Positions 13,040-26,453 are shown, counted from the stretch's first letter. The stretch is DNA of 64,000 nt from Trichosphaerium sp. ATCC 40318 (GCA_038496445.1 JALMLS010000474.1:74568-138567), one strand, 5' to 3'. Numbers and translations: made by a program. The notes: a model not told the origin generated them from the letters alone.

Positions 13040-14092
13040 GGGTGCACTCTGAGCAAGGTGTGTACTAAAATGTCGAAAAAAAAGTCGTTAGACCAATCCT
13101 CAATCCCAACAAAAGCTATTGCAAGACGATCTGGGAGAAAAGGAACACACTGTCCCTGACCGATAGCTCTGGCACAGAGCGAGCGTGTGTGTGGTTTATT
13201 TACCTAACACGCTTGCATGTACATGAAAAAAATGAAGAAAACGAAAAAAAAACAAAATTTTACAGGGTAGTGGGTGGGTGATTTCTGCTTGCTATTGAAT
13301 AAACTGCCTCGGTTGGTTGCTTGTCTTTGTTGGATCAGTCCAGCTTGTTCAAACGCCTGAAATGTCTCGCATGTTCAGACAAAAAAATGTCAAAGTGATA
13401 TTGAACTGTTTGCCACAAAGGGAGACAACTGGGCTATGGTGCTCAGTTGCTGCTAGGCTCTGCCCCCCCCAAACCCCCCCTGAAAGGGGGGGCTTTCTAA
13501 ATAGTTCCTATGGCATAATATAGGATAATTAGTGTGCCGGATTTTTGACGACTTTTTTTTGACAAAGTTCTACATATTTGGGTTTCCCTGAGCAAAAAAA
13601 CAAAAAATTTAACTTTGATCGTTTGCACCTCAGAGTGCCGGAATAATTTTTCTTATATTTTTGAAGCATACACATTGCACTTATTGGTTTACTTGCGGAT
13701 GGGTGTTAGTTCAAATCCGCATGTAAACCAGAAAAGTGTTGCTGAAATTTTAACAATTTTACTACGGCATCCTACGGTGCCCATACTTTTGTCACATGGC
13801 CGCCACATTATATAAATGCGTCAGCAGCAGTGATAAGGTGGAGAAAGATGGAGATTCTGAGAAATCACTAAAAAACTGCCTTTTTTGCCAATTTTTATCA
13901 TAAAATCACTTTGTTTTTGCAACTATACAAACTCTACACCACTTGAATGTGGAGAATATATACACAATAAAACGTTTTCACTTCCAAAATGTTTTTTGGC
14001 AGGCTTAGCTGGCCACTAGAGCTAAATTACAAAAAAAAAAAAAAATTACGGCGAATTTTAGTGAATTTTCTGATCGAGCACAGAGCGCACCC
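13040..14092. mobile_element. Non-autonomous TIR element with TTAA TSD and GG..CC termini (Kolobok-like)
   Basis: TTAA|GGGTGCACTCTGAGC ... GCACAGAGCGCACCC|TTAA. No transposase ORF seen. Confidence 0.8.
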
Positions 14093-14394
14093 TTAAATAC
14101 AAAAAACTAAACGGTACTTAAGGATGTGATCTGATGCTTTAACCAAATCTTGTCTTGAAAACAGCTTTTCGTAGACAACATAGTCTCTGGGTCACGTGAT
14201 TAGTTAATTTAGGTATTCTTGTTAAAAGATGAGCCGCATGGTAGTAATTCTATACGTAGTGTCCCAGCAGCGTTTGGAGTAAGTATAATGCTTTTTCCTT
14301 CTAGGAGGACGTTGTAAGGTTCGCTTTTAGCCATTTTCGAATTGGGAAAAAAAGAGAGATCTTTTTTTTTTTTTTGACAATAAAACAGCCATAG

Positions 14395-14890
14395 CTAAAG
14401 ATGATATAAAAGAAGACAAAGACAAGTACTTATCAAAAGCTGTGATTGATACCAATCGTGATTACACCAAGTTTGGAGATGCTTCTGAGCATCTTGATAT
14501 GATTCAAGATGCCTTTGAAGCCTTTAAAATACACCAAAATCAAGAAGAATACATAAATGAAATCATGTTTATTTAGTCAAATTTCCATCCACCTCAAGAG
14601 AATCAATCAATTGGTACCGCCATGTTTGATTGGAAGTCAACATTGATGAGGTTGGGTATTTCATTTGCAAGAGCACAGGAACTTGGATCATTAATGGATG
14701 AAGCAGGTATTGAACGTGATGGCACCTCAGATGTGCTAAAAGAGCTTGATTTCAGTCCAATTGAGCGTATCAAGTCATCAAAGCAAAACGCAAGAATGCT
14801 CTATAATATCTGCACCACAAAGGATAAGAACTCACCAATGTAACAGTTGGTTCACAACACTGTAGATGTCTACAATAAATACTAGCTTTA
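14395..14890 (+). pseudogene. Orphan C-terminal module (KFG linker + SAM-like) of the RCC1-SAM family
   Basis: KDKYLSKAVIDTNRDYTKFGDASEHLDMIQDA and FDWKSTLMRLGISFARAQELGSLMDE. 3' flank TACAATAAATACTAGCTT shared with the gene ending at 50741. Confidence 0.85.
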
Positions 14891-15948
14891 CTAGAAAAAC
14901 AACAAACGGAGATTGTTTATTATTTATGCTCAGTGTTTTTACAATATTAGAATGTTACATCTTTACCAGAAGAATAAAGCCTCCGTTTGCGTGATTTGCT
15001 GTATTGTTGGGAAAAAAAATAGCTACACTTGTACAAGTGATACGAAAGCTTGTTATTTTGAAGGTGATACTGCAAGCGCAACAGTAGGTGCAATGGTTGG
15101 TATTGTGCTTCGTGTGGTTGTTGTGGTGCTTAGATGGGAGAGGTGACGCCTGGAATTCGTGAGAATTTCTCCAACTACAAAGGCTCAACAAATGGTATTT
15201 CCTACTTTACTTTATAGAGCTAACTTTATTTATGGAGGCAACTACAATAGTACCTTCAAGTGCTTCATCAACTGTTGAGGTACCCTGTACAGATATATCT
15301 ACACTGATGCATGGCTTCAACCAAATAACTACACCAAAGACGCCTACTGCATCCAACAGAAGCTTCAAGGCTTTTACAAGGCACTATTATAACTACTAAA
15401 AAAGCAATTTTGACATGCTAATTAAGATGCTGAAGATGGGTACCAAATATGGAAAGTGTGTAAGACGTGTAACATTGTCTGAAAATAACCTACGGCGAAC
15501 ACAAAAAAAACACTGCTAATGCTGCTCAAATTTGTTTAAGATTGTGTACGAAAATAGGAGCTGTGGACCAGTTAACATAGTTCCCTTGGGTGTGTAGAGC
15601 AGGTTTAGACAAGTTTTTGACCAATTACTAAGACTGGTGACTATTCAGTGCAGAGATATTTATAGAAACAGACATAAAAATGCTGAAGAAAAGACCACTC
15701 ATGACAGTACTAATGTAAACATACTGCCCTATAAAAAACAACTATGGTCAAATATAGTACGACATAAAAGTTCATTCAAACAAAAAAACCTATTCACACG
15801 TGACATGACAATTTCTACAGCTTGGATTTTAGTAGCGGTAGTACTCCCTATCATCGCAGAGCCTCTACAAATGCATTTCTTTTCAGATGAATTGGTGACA
15901 CCAGGAGGAATGGCTGCTACATCGTACATAACATTGTAACCGTCACAC

Positions 15949-16755
15949 TCATTTTCTTAAGGTTTGTATAGATACGCTTGGCCCGCAAATGAAACCGGAT
16001 ATGACAACATCAATTACCTCGTTAACGTACAGCACGATCCTGGGAAAGGTTCTGGTACGCAAAGATACCAACATACCGCCTTGTACTAATAACGTTAAAC
16101 TTAGCTTATTTTTGGGCCAGCCACTAAGGTGAATAGTATGGACTCCAGCAAGTGCTTTAACGCCTTCATCAGTTACGGAAGTGTTACTAAGGTCAATAGT
16201 ATGGACTCCAGCAAGCGCTTTAACACCTTCATCAGTTACTTTAGTGTCACTAACGTCAATAGTATGGGCGCCAGCAAGTGCTTTAACACCTTCATCAGTT
16301 ACTAAAGTGTCATTGAGGGTAATAGAATGGACTCCAGCAAGTGCTTTAACGCCTTCATCAGTTACTTTAGTGTAGCTGAGGTGAATAGTATGGACTCCAG
16401 CAAGTGCTTTAACACCTTCATCAGTTACTTCAGAACGATCAAGCTCAATAGTATGAACTCCTGCAAACTGCTTGACAATGCTGTTATCAACACGCCATCC
16501 AAGGCAGATTCTTGTGTATTTCAGAATACCAACATGTTTTACAGCTGATTTTGCTTGAGTTAACGTTTTTATCATAATAGCATGGTATCCAATAATATCA
16601 TGAACAATAGAAGCAAGTAAACGACAGGTTTGACAAGCCGCAAAGCGTGATTTTGTTGTTTGACGCAAGATGTGTGCTAATATCTCTGGCGGTAGGTGTA
16701 GCAAACTTGTGCCGGTCGTACTGTTAATTATAGAACCCTTTGAGGTAGAAAGCAT
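15949..16755 (-). CDS. Second F-box + LRR copy, about 5 repeats, 3'-truncated and reading into unrelated sequence
   Basis: First ~104 aa identical to 6047-7522. LRR similarity stops near 16122. About 370 bp of upstream DNA is also duplicated (to ~17128). Confidence 0.88.
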   Translation of the reverse strand: MLSTSKGSIINSTTGTSLLHLPPEILAHILRQTTKSRFAACQTCRLLASIVHDIIGYHAIMIKTLTQAKSAVKHVGILKYTRICLGWRVDNSIVKQFAGVHTIELDRSEVTDEGVKALAGVHTIHLSYTKVTDEGVKALAGVHSITLNDTLVTDEGVKALAGAHTIDVSDTKVTDEGVKALAGVHTIDLSNTSVTDEGVKALAGVHTIHLSGWPKNKLSLTLLVQGGMLVSLRTRTFPRIVLYVNEVIDVVISGFICGPSVSIQTLRK

Positions 16756-17130
16756 AATATCAACGTCTTTGTTTAATGTGGAAGCCTAACAATTTAACAC
16801 GTGTTTTATCGATGACCTAAAGTAGAGGTCTTACTTTTCGCTTTTGATAACTGGCTAAGTCGCATAAAACTGTTTAAGGCGATAGTCACTCTAGCTTAAA
16901 GGACCTGAAAACGTTTATTATATTAATAACACCATTTAGCACGTGCTCCAAACACCAAAACTTATACTACTACTTCCCAAAAAATAAGACGGCAATTTCA
17001 AGGCAAATCTTTTGTTAACGCACGTGTGTCATGACATTAGATGATAAATGCTTTCGGCTGTAATATTTCTACAACCATGTAGATAAATGTTATGAACACC
17101 ACCAAGTGATTCGACAGCCTCACCTGCGAC

Positions 17131-17912
17131 CACAAAGCTACCGCCAAACACGGTATGAATGCCTCAAACACTGTTTGCTGTATCTTTTGCTTTAAAAAAA
17201 TCAGCGTACGTGTATAACTTACTAGCGCTGCGCTAGCGCCTACCCCACGCTAACGCTAGCGCTATCGCAGCATCCAAACAGCAATGAAGGTGTAACAACG
17301 CCAAAACCTCCCCAAAACGCCACCAGCGTTGCTACAGTAAACGCCGCCAGGTGTCAAACATGTAAATAGAATTCACGTGGCTAATGTCAACAAATGCTGG
17401 AAACTGTAACGCTCTGTACTTAACATGTTACTTTATAAATAGCTTAGTTCCATATATTGTCTGTTTCATTCAAGTTTTGAGACAGACTGACTTTTAGCAA
17501 AAAAATCCAGTTTCTGCCCGATCTGTCAGATCTGACGGATTTGACACTTCTGACAGATCTTGCAAATTGTCATTTTTTAAATGTGATCTACCCTCACGCC
17601 TGTCCAGTGAATCCAACCGTTTCAAACCCACGTGATTTAACAAACCCCAGAGCAAACTTTTTTATTTACATATTTGACGCCTAGCGGCGTTTACAAAGCC
17701 TACAGCAACGCTGGTGGTGTTTTGGGGCGGTTTTGACGTTGTTACACCTTCATTGCTGCTTGGATGCTACCATAGCGCTTCTGTTAGCGTGGGGTAGGCG
17801 CTAGCGTAGCGCTAGTAAGTTATACACGTACGTTGATTTTTTGAAGCAAAAGATACAGCAAACAGTGTTTGAGGCATTCATACCGTGTTTGGCGGTAATG
17901 CGATAGCTTTGT
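17131..17912. mobile_element. Foldback/MITE-like element with ~240 bp inverted arms
   Basis: 17131-17367 is the imperfect reverse complement of 17662-17912 (CCGCCAAACACGGTATGAATGCCTCAAACACTG / CAGTGTTTGAGGCATTCATACCGTGTTTGGCGG). Confidence 0.85.
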
Positions 17913-18035
17913 AGGACATCATACCTTTTTAATTCGCTTTTAGCTCATGAGCTTCTGTGGTTTGATCGTACCGTGTATAGTTTGCGTAGGTAAAATGCTG
18001 CGATCATCCCATGGGATGTTGAAACTTACATTGAA

Positions 18036-18920
18036 AAAGGAAATGTTAAGTTTATCCAATCTATTCTACGAGCTAGTTTTGTACTAGACGGATGTAAACA
18101 GTAGTGCTAAGGTGTGCTGTACCATTTAAATGCTGCAAAATACGGCACTCGTATAAAAAAGGATAAAAGCAATAAAAACTGCTTAAACTACATTACATGG
18201 CGATTTCTACGCGTAAATGGAGTATTTGAGCAATAAACAATCATTGTCTAAAAATAATACTTTAAAAACCCTTCCGTGTTACTAAACTACTTTATTTAGC
18301 TGTAAATAGGCCCTACACATAACCCAAGCAGATGCAGCTCACTTGGAATAAAAGTCAAATGTTCCTTCAGCAAATTAACAATTTCCTCTTCTCCGTCTGT
18401 ATACTTAAGGTTACACTTTGCATTTTACGCTTAGCTCCTCTTTTGTTAGGTGATACATAACTTATGATTCTTTGAATTTGTAAAAATGTCGTGCATAGAA
18501 TAAAGCTCTGCTGCCTTTTTTTTGCCCACACAATGCAATACTTGGTGTTTTAGGTGTTTAATTGATCCTCCTACTGCTTTACATGAAATACTTTGTCTCA
18601 TCGTTGCAATAGGTATGTTAAACGCTTGTATGTGGTTATTTGATGCCATGAGGGGCTATTAGAGTGTGTTTTTGTTTTTTTAAACCCCGCTTAACTGGGA
18701 AAGCAATACTTGGTGTAACAATACTCTTACATGGCTCTCTACTGTACAAAAACGCCAAAAACAGCATTTAAAAGTAATACAGCTACATTTTTATTGTTAC
18801 ACTGCGAGTGCCTTCTTTTTTGGCTTAAAACTGCTCCAAATCACTACTAACAGTTGTTTAAAAGGCTAATGAAGCAAAATCAGCTCGTAGAATAGATTGC
18901 GAAAACTTAACACTTCCTTT
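18036..18920. mobile_element. Degenerate TIR element (~45 bp imperfect inverted ends)
   Basis: AAAGGAAATGTTAAGTTT..CAATCTATTCTACGAGCT versus AGCTCGTAGAATAGATTG..AAACTTAACACTTCCTTT. Confidence 0.6.
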
Positions 18921-19270
18921 GCTATCACTTACCGTAAGGTACCTAAGTCATACAATGAAGGACAACATTGTAACACAAATAGTTCACATTGTGATAGATC
19001 TACACCATTTGACAGAAGTGTCAGATCTTGCTAGATCTGCTAAAAGTGCTAAAAACTCACTTTCTAGAAAATAAGAGAGAATTTTATTATGTAGTTCCCA
19101 TTTGGAAAAAAAATCGCCAAGTCCTTAGCAGTAAACAAAAAAGTGGATTTATTTTTTGTACATTATCTACTATATGTTGGGCATATTAGGTTATAATTAG
19201 AGCATTCAAAATTATCGTGCAATATCTCCATGAGTCAGTTAAGTTTTGACATGTGATTTTTACAAATTAT

Positions 19271-20325
19271 CAGGTCTAAAAATTAAAGTGGTATATACCA
19301 GTTTTTTTATGGTATATACCACTTTTTTCAACAAAATGGTATATGAACTGGTATATACCATTTTGAAATACCACTTTTTTTAGAAATTAAGTGAATAAAA
19401 AGTGGTATATGGAAGTGGTATATACCACTTTTCATTCACATAATGAGACCTTCTAAAAATGGTATATAAAGTGGTATATACCACTTTTTTATGGTATGTG
19501 GTATATACCATCTTTTTATTGGTATATACCACTTTTATGGTATGCTTCAAGAAGGTCATTAAGGAGCTTTTTGGTAATGGGTTTTCTTGTTGAACGATCA
19601 TAGCCGTCATATGTTAACCGGTGCGTAGAGACCTTAGTATATCATAGAATCTAACCAAACTAGGCTCATTCGAACCGCAGGACCTGATTCCAGTACCAAC
19701 ATTAAGGAAACTATATTGCAGGTATTATACAGATGTTCGTGGGTACCAGACAAAGTTTTATTTTATTTTCGTTTGATATACATTAACTGACCTCCGTAGG
19801 CCTTAGTAATTGATAGATTCAGGTGGGACCACTTTCATTAGGTGTGCAGCATGTTTTTACAGTAGTTACAGCAAGCTCATGGAGATGGACGAATTTTCCA
19901 GACGCCCATAGTAATGTAACTGTAGTGGACATTGTCCAAAACTTGTAACTCACAAACTGTGTATTAAATAAAGTGTATTTTCTGGAATTGCAGGTGTACC
20001 ATAAGTAGGCATAAAGTGGTATATAAGAGTGGTATATACCATGAAAAACTGGTATAAAAAGTGGTATATAACTGGTATATACCTAAAAAAAGTGGTATAA
20101 AAAAGTGGTATATTTTTTTTTTTCTGGTGAAAAAAAGAGGTATATTTTCTGCTTTTATACCTGTTTTTTTTATATTGTTGGTATATTTGGTCAATATACC
20201 ACTTTTTTTGGTATATTTCAGTCAAAATATACCACTTTTTTTGGTATATACCATAAAAAACTGGTATAAAAAAGTGGTATAAAAGTGGTATATACCAAAA
20301 AAACTGGTATATTTTTTTAGACCTG
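19271..20325. mobile_element. Non-autonomous TIR element with subterminal arrays of palindrome GTGGTATATACCAC
   Basis: AT|CAGGTCTAAAAA ... TTTTTAGACCTG|AT. Arrays at 19286-19545 and 20014-20311. Confidence 0.85.
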
Positions 20326-22318
20326 ATAGGCAAAAAGTCTCATCCCCTGATGTCACCTGTTCCATAATAGTCATCTAAAAAGCTCCAATCAATTGCCTTG
20401 TACACTGTAGTATCATTGGAAGGAGTTTGGCTAGCAATAAAGTCGCTATCCAATTGCCCAAAATTGAAAGTTTTTTGGCTGTTCACTACTTTTTTAACAT
20501 GTTACTTTAACTCTGTACCCTCTCACATACCATTTTTGAATGAAAGCGTGTATATGACGGTATTTTGACATTCTTGACAATGTTTCAGTTTTTTTGTGCT
20601 GACCTGTGGCAACTTCTTCAATTGGTTCATTGTACTCAAACCCTGAACGCCTGTCCTTGCATGGGCATGATTTTTGAGTGGTTTGATGGACTGTTTTTGG
20701 GGTTTTTTAATTTGAGTTTATAAACGGTTCACTAGGCCTGAATTTGTCCCTGCTTACCTCAGAAAGTGCATTAATAACTTTTTGTAGTACAAAAAAAAAA
20801 CTGAGATGGGATATTTAGGCGAAATCTCAAAGACAAACCATAAAACGGCAGCCATACTCTCAGAACAGGTATTCATTAATGTGTTATAATATTTGATGCA
20901 TTATGGCTGCCGTTTAATGGTTTTGAACATACCTTTAACACAACTGCATTTTCGTTTACACAATGACTGCACACAAATGCTTTTAACCGTGTGCTATGCA
21001 TGTCCACCAAGCAAAGAAAGCTTCCAATGTGCTATTGGTTATTTTTTAATTGTACTGTGACTCAAAAGCCTTTAGCAGCCCTTAGGTATTCACAACAGAC
21101 ACAACGTTCCAAGTGAGACACACACTAGTAGTATCAACATTGAAAAGGCATAACAGGAGGAGAAAATAGTATTTTAAAATCTTCTACGCAAAAATAATTT
21201 TTTTTTAGGCAAAATCAGAGTTGATTTTTTTTTGACGTTCAAAGTCAAAAAAGCACAATTCAAACACTTAAAACATGATCCCCACGCGTGTGTGCGTGTA
21301 TAAAAGAAGTGGAACTGTTTAATAAAATTCTCTCTATTAGTAAAACTTGAATGACACAGACAATATACAACCTTCACACCCTTACAGAAACAGCTTGCCA
21401 TTGCAAGGTGAGTTTTGCTTTCATAAAGTAATGGGAAATAAATCAGTGCGTTCTCTACTAACTTATCTAAACTCATAAGGTTCTACAGATAACAGGCACG
21501 TGCAAACGTAGTAGGTCAGTCATACAGTATCTTAACCTTATATCTTCCTAATGTCTTGTAGAATACATATCAGCAACGAACTAGCAATGAACACACTACT
21601 GGCGGCATTGTTTTATAGCTCTACTTTGTTTTTCTCAAACACGAAATATCTTTTTACAAAGGAACAGATTGGTACACGTGTACTGTAACAATAAAACTTC
21701 TTTTTATTTCAAGTTAGATTCACGCGTTCTTGTTGATCTACAATACCAGATTGGAGGAGAGAATACGTCTTACTCAGCTTCGATCCCCTGGATCACGTAG
21801 CCAGAGACCCTTCCCATTTATTAAATTGGAGTTATCTCTTGTACATATACAACAAATTACATAAATCAATTGATCTGCCATTGTATAGAACTGCTACTTG
21901 CTGATGTTGTTTTACGATACTACCGTACTTAAACAACTACCTCTCACTTATCAAACGCCAGTAAAATACTTATTTATACTGTCAGAAAATAGAATTTTTT
22001 CGTCAAACTTTCGTGATAGGTGGGCCGGATTTTTACGTGCTCAGTACTACATACAAGAATCATATCCATTTTTCAAGATTACGAGCACTTTGTACCCTTG
22101 TACACCAATTCAACCCTGGCACGAAAGATAGCGACTGTTATGGCGCTGAGGTGTCATGCGCCTCCTTAATATGACAAATTTACAGTTATTGTCAATGAGC
22201 CTGAGAAGATGTTGAGTGGTAACCCATAACGTGATATGCATTTATTTATATTTATTCTCTACGCTAATGTTGCAAACAAATTCACTATGGTAGCTGATAC
22301 AAGTCAGAAACTATGCCG

Positions 22319-24084
22319 CTAAAGAAGACCCTTTCTCTTTGCTTTTGTAACTTTGATACGTTCCACCAAGTTGAATCCAAGTTCTTTCAACACTTCTTGA
22401 TAGATTTCATTCGCTTGAATGTCAAGTTCATTCATCAAGGATCCAAATTCTTGTGCTCGCTCACTTGAGATACCCAACCCTGTCAATACTGACACCCAAT
22501 CAATTTCATTGTTTTGAAGCGGTATTGGTGCCATTGGAGAAACTGAAGTGATGGTTGATTTGGTATCACGCTGAGTGAATGTTGGCTACATTACAGTTAG
22601 TGTAAAGTAAATGCAAAAATGAAATAACATACTGTGTCAACAGATATGTTGGGTTTCTCAATCCATGACTGGTTGGGTAATACTACCTTTATATCGTGTG
22701 GTAATAGAATGGGGTTACTAGGTTCACCGCTAGGCTACAAACTCGTTAGGAAAGAATGTTAATATATTGTTTTTGACTGTACATTAGTGAACTTGTCTTG
22801 ACCTTGTTTTATTTCAAGGGCGTCTTTAATGATATCAATGTGCTCTTGAGCGTCTCCAAACTTGTTGTAGCCTTGATCAATCTTTGTGTATATTCCAGTA
22901 CCAACAATTGACAAGTAATTTCGTTTTTGGTCTTGTTTCAACTCTTTATGTAACTCTTCTAAAGTGTGGACTACCTAAACTAGCAGTTTGCATCGTATTG
23001 ACAACAAATGATTGATTACCTTTCTGTGGTTACTGAATGTCAATTTTTGTGGTGTTGATTTACCATGATCATTCTGTCCACCTGTGACCAACGTAAAGTC
23101 ATGAGATATTGCCAAGTAATGATATTGTTTAGTGGCAAACTCAAGATATTTTCCAGGTAATTTTAATGGTTTGTTTGATTTGAACAAATCAATCCATTTC
23201 CCTTTACCCCAACCAAACAAACAACCTTCATCATCAATCGCAAATGATGTATACATGCCAACATGGACAGATTTGATGTTATTGAGTCCTTTGATGATAC
23301 CCTGGCCATAATCGTCATCAATACCCAACCCAAGACACCCACGCCAGTTGTGTCCAAAAGAAAATACTTGTCCTGACTTGAGGAGAACAAGTACATGCCA
23401 ATCACCAATGGCAATATCAGTGGCATCATCAATACTTGGAACACGTGAAATTGTCTTTGATTTCAAGAATAATGATTTATATATCGCTTCATGGTCTGTT
23501 TGAAGCGAATTATATGTTGTTCCCCAAAGAAAGACATGACCTGTTGACGTCATTGCTCCACTTACATACGAGTTAGTTTGAATTTTTTGAACATTTTGAA
23601 GATTTGGAATAACCGCTGGTGATGAAACTTGCAAATTGTCGAATGAATGACCCAATCCTTGATTTAAGTTGTCTCCCCAAGAGTAGACATGACCTGAATG
23701 TGATAACGCCATACTCACACATAAGGCAGAGACTTTCGTGATATTGTTGAGATTTGGAACACGTGTTGGTGACGAAATAGGTGACGCAAAGTGACCCAGA
23801 CCCAATTCACCATTAAAATTATAACCCCATGCATACACAATACCGTTTGAATCAAGTGCAAGGCTATGAAGGCATCCAGCAGCAATACAGACGATATTTA
23901 TGAGTGATTTTATTGGTCTTGCGATAGAACTCTTTTTTTCGTCTGTGTTACCCAATTGGCGCTCATTGTTTCGTCCCCACGTGTAAACAAAGCCATCGTC
24001 TGCGATTACCATTGAATGGTTTAAACCAGTGGCCAAACGGTTAACATATTGTAAATTAGTATCTAAAGTCTGAGGTTCTGCCAT
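22319..24084 (-). CDS. RCC1 propeller - KFG linker - SAM-like protein, copy A
   Basis: Single ~1.06 kb exon with 7 RCC1 blades (GxxH..WGxNxxGxLG). Short exons follow with YNKFGDAQEHIDIIKDAL and DWVSVLTGLGIS..EVLKELGFNLVERIKV. Confidence 0.9.
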
Positions 24085-24546
24085 GATTCGCGTTTTAGGT
24101 CTTGACTGGACGAATACTGTTCCATTTTTGTCAATGACGAAAAAACACGGTCGTTTTTTTTTGGTCATCATAATTTTTGAATTCAGTAGAGTACTGAATG
24201 TTGCAAGTACAGTTTTACAAACTGTGAATTGTGTTGTTACGGTGGTAGAAGTGTTTACAGCTATGTGGCATGTTCAAGTGTTTTCTTGTCCACATCAAGA
24301 ATAGATATTTTGCCAAGAATTCTTGCTGTACCTTTCATTCGTGTTGTAGTAAGCTACGATATTGTCAGACAAATCCAATCGTCAATAGCCAAGCATTGAT
24401 TCACTTTTCTTACTTTCGTTGTGGGTTCTGATGCACTAATACCGCCCGTCCAAGCCAACTGAGCAACCATACGTTCCTTATATCTAACATAAATGAGGCT
24501 AGATTTTCAACAAGCACTTCATTTGTAACTTTTTTATTTGTATGAT

Positions 24547-26453
24547 TTACATGTTTTTATATTTGTACTCGAAAAAGTCTACACGTTCGCTTACAGTGAA
24601 CCCAAGTTTCTTCAAAATCTCACCTGAGATTTCGTTCATTTCAACACACAACCTATGTAATTTAGATCCAAGCTCATGCGCTCTTGGTTGATCAAACCCA
24701 GCTGATATCAATCTCTTAATCCATTTGGAGGTTTCAACATTTACTGTTTTTGTCTCAGGTAAGAATGGTGTTATCAAAGAGCGCTAGAATAAAATAGGAA
24801 TGAGCAAACTTAATCTATACTTGTATGTTTGAAAGGGTTGTACATTGGCGAGGTTGACGGACTTATTATCATTGTTCATCCAAGACAGTGTTGATACAAG
24901 TTCACTTGCGTTAATTGAAGCATTTTTTCGACAAGATTCAGTGTCGTTCGACAAAGACTCATCAACCTTTGTATGATGGTAAGTGAGTTTACCCAAAAAC
25001 AGAAATTAGTACCTGTGTGTTGTCATTACTGTTTTCTGTTGATTGTTCTTCTTTTCTGGCTCGTATGTAGTCACAAGCATTTGCTAGTATATCAAGGTCT
25101 TGTTTGGTTTCTCCAAACCTCTTAGGCACATCTCTTGTACCATCTCGTGATGTGAACATCTCTTCAGGTGGACGTACTTTAAGTGACAACTTATCAAATG
25201 GAGGCCGACGTTCTAGTGCCTAAACACGTGTTTAGTTCTAAGATGAGCATAAAATATGACTGCAGTACATTCAACTGTTGAGATGTTCCTTGGTCTTCAG
25301 ATGTGCCTTCTCTCATTACCAAAGTGTGATCGGCTTGTATTGCAATAGAACAATGTTGTTTAGTGGCGAACTCAAGATATTTTCCAGATAATTTTAAAGG
25401 TTTGTTTGATGAGAACTTCTCCATCCATTCACCTTCGCCCCAGCCATATAAATGTCCTTGAATATTAATAGCATAAGATGCGTAGGGACTAGCATTGACA
25501 GAGACAATGTTATTGAGTCCTTTGATGATACCCTTTCCAAGCTTTGTATCAACACCTAACCCAAGTCGCCCTCGATTGTTGTCTCCAAAGGAAAACACTT
25601 GTCCTGACTTGAGGAGAACAAGCACGTGATAATGTCCGATGCCAATATCAGTAGCATCCGAGATGTTTTCTACACGTGATATTGTATTTGTTTTCAAGAA
25701 TAAGGCATTGTTTATATCATTGTAGCGAGTCTTTCCCCAAAGAAAGACATGACCTGATTTTGTTATTGCTCCACAAACGAAAGAGTTCGTGCTGATTTTT
25801 ACAACGTTTTGTAGACTCTGAATACGTTTTGGTGTATGAACTCTTGTTTCTTTGTAAGAGTGAGCTAATCTCCCGTTAAAGTTGTATCCCCAAGAGTAGA
25901 CATGACCTGATGTTGATAACGCCATACTCACATATAAGGCTGCGACTTGAGTGATATGATTGAGCTTTAGTACTTGCGTCGGTGTTGAGATAGGTGACTT
26001 GAAATGGCCTAGACCTAATTCTCCATCTTCGTTGCGTCCCCACGAATAAACAATACCACTTGCAGCAGTAGCAAGGCTATGGTTTTGACCAGCTGCAATG
26101 CATACGATATTAACAAGTGAATTTATTGGATGAAGTATGGGCGTTATCCTTTGTTCGATATTTCCTAGTGATACTCAACAAGGATAATCTTTTGATAAAC
26201 TATTTCTAAAAACGCCCACAAAAACTTTTTAGGAAGGCGCACGTGATTTTTTTTTTTTGGATGAATTTTTATTCGCAAATATAAGTTATTAATAATACTC
26301 ACTGTTGTTATCTTCGTTGGTTTGGTATCGCCACACGTGAACTGAGCTGTTATTTGTGATAGCCATTAAATGCCCTCCAGCAGCTAAATGCCTACCACTA
26401 GCCAAAAGGTTACCGTAGTTTACATTAGGGTTCTTAAAATGCAGTTCAGCCAT
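24547..26453 (-). CDS. RCC1 propeller - linker - SAM-like protein, divergent copy B
   Basis: Start MAELHFKNPNVNY, intron in first blade, RCC1 blades, PKRFGETKQDLDILANA linker and KWIKRLISAGF..EILKKLGFTVSER tail. Confidence 0.82.

Noticed and set aside
19286-20311. CRISPR array or telomeric repeat
   Set aside because: No unique spacers of regular length and no cas genes. The repeats are irregular palindromes enclosed by TIRs.
20835-20924. 22-bp inverted repeat AAACCATAAAACGGCAGCCATA
   Set aside because: Real, but short, with no TSD or second copy seen. It cannot be assigned as an RNA gene or MITE.
689-26453. Endogenous giant virus (MORN, F-box-LRR and RCC1 genes)
   Set aside because: No capsid, polB, packaging ATPase or other hallmark gene. 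The genes are interleaved with, and partly contain, spliceosomal introns.
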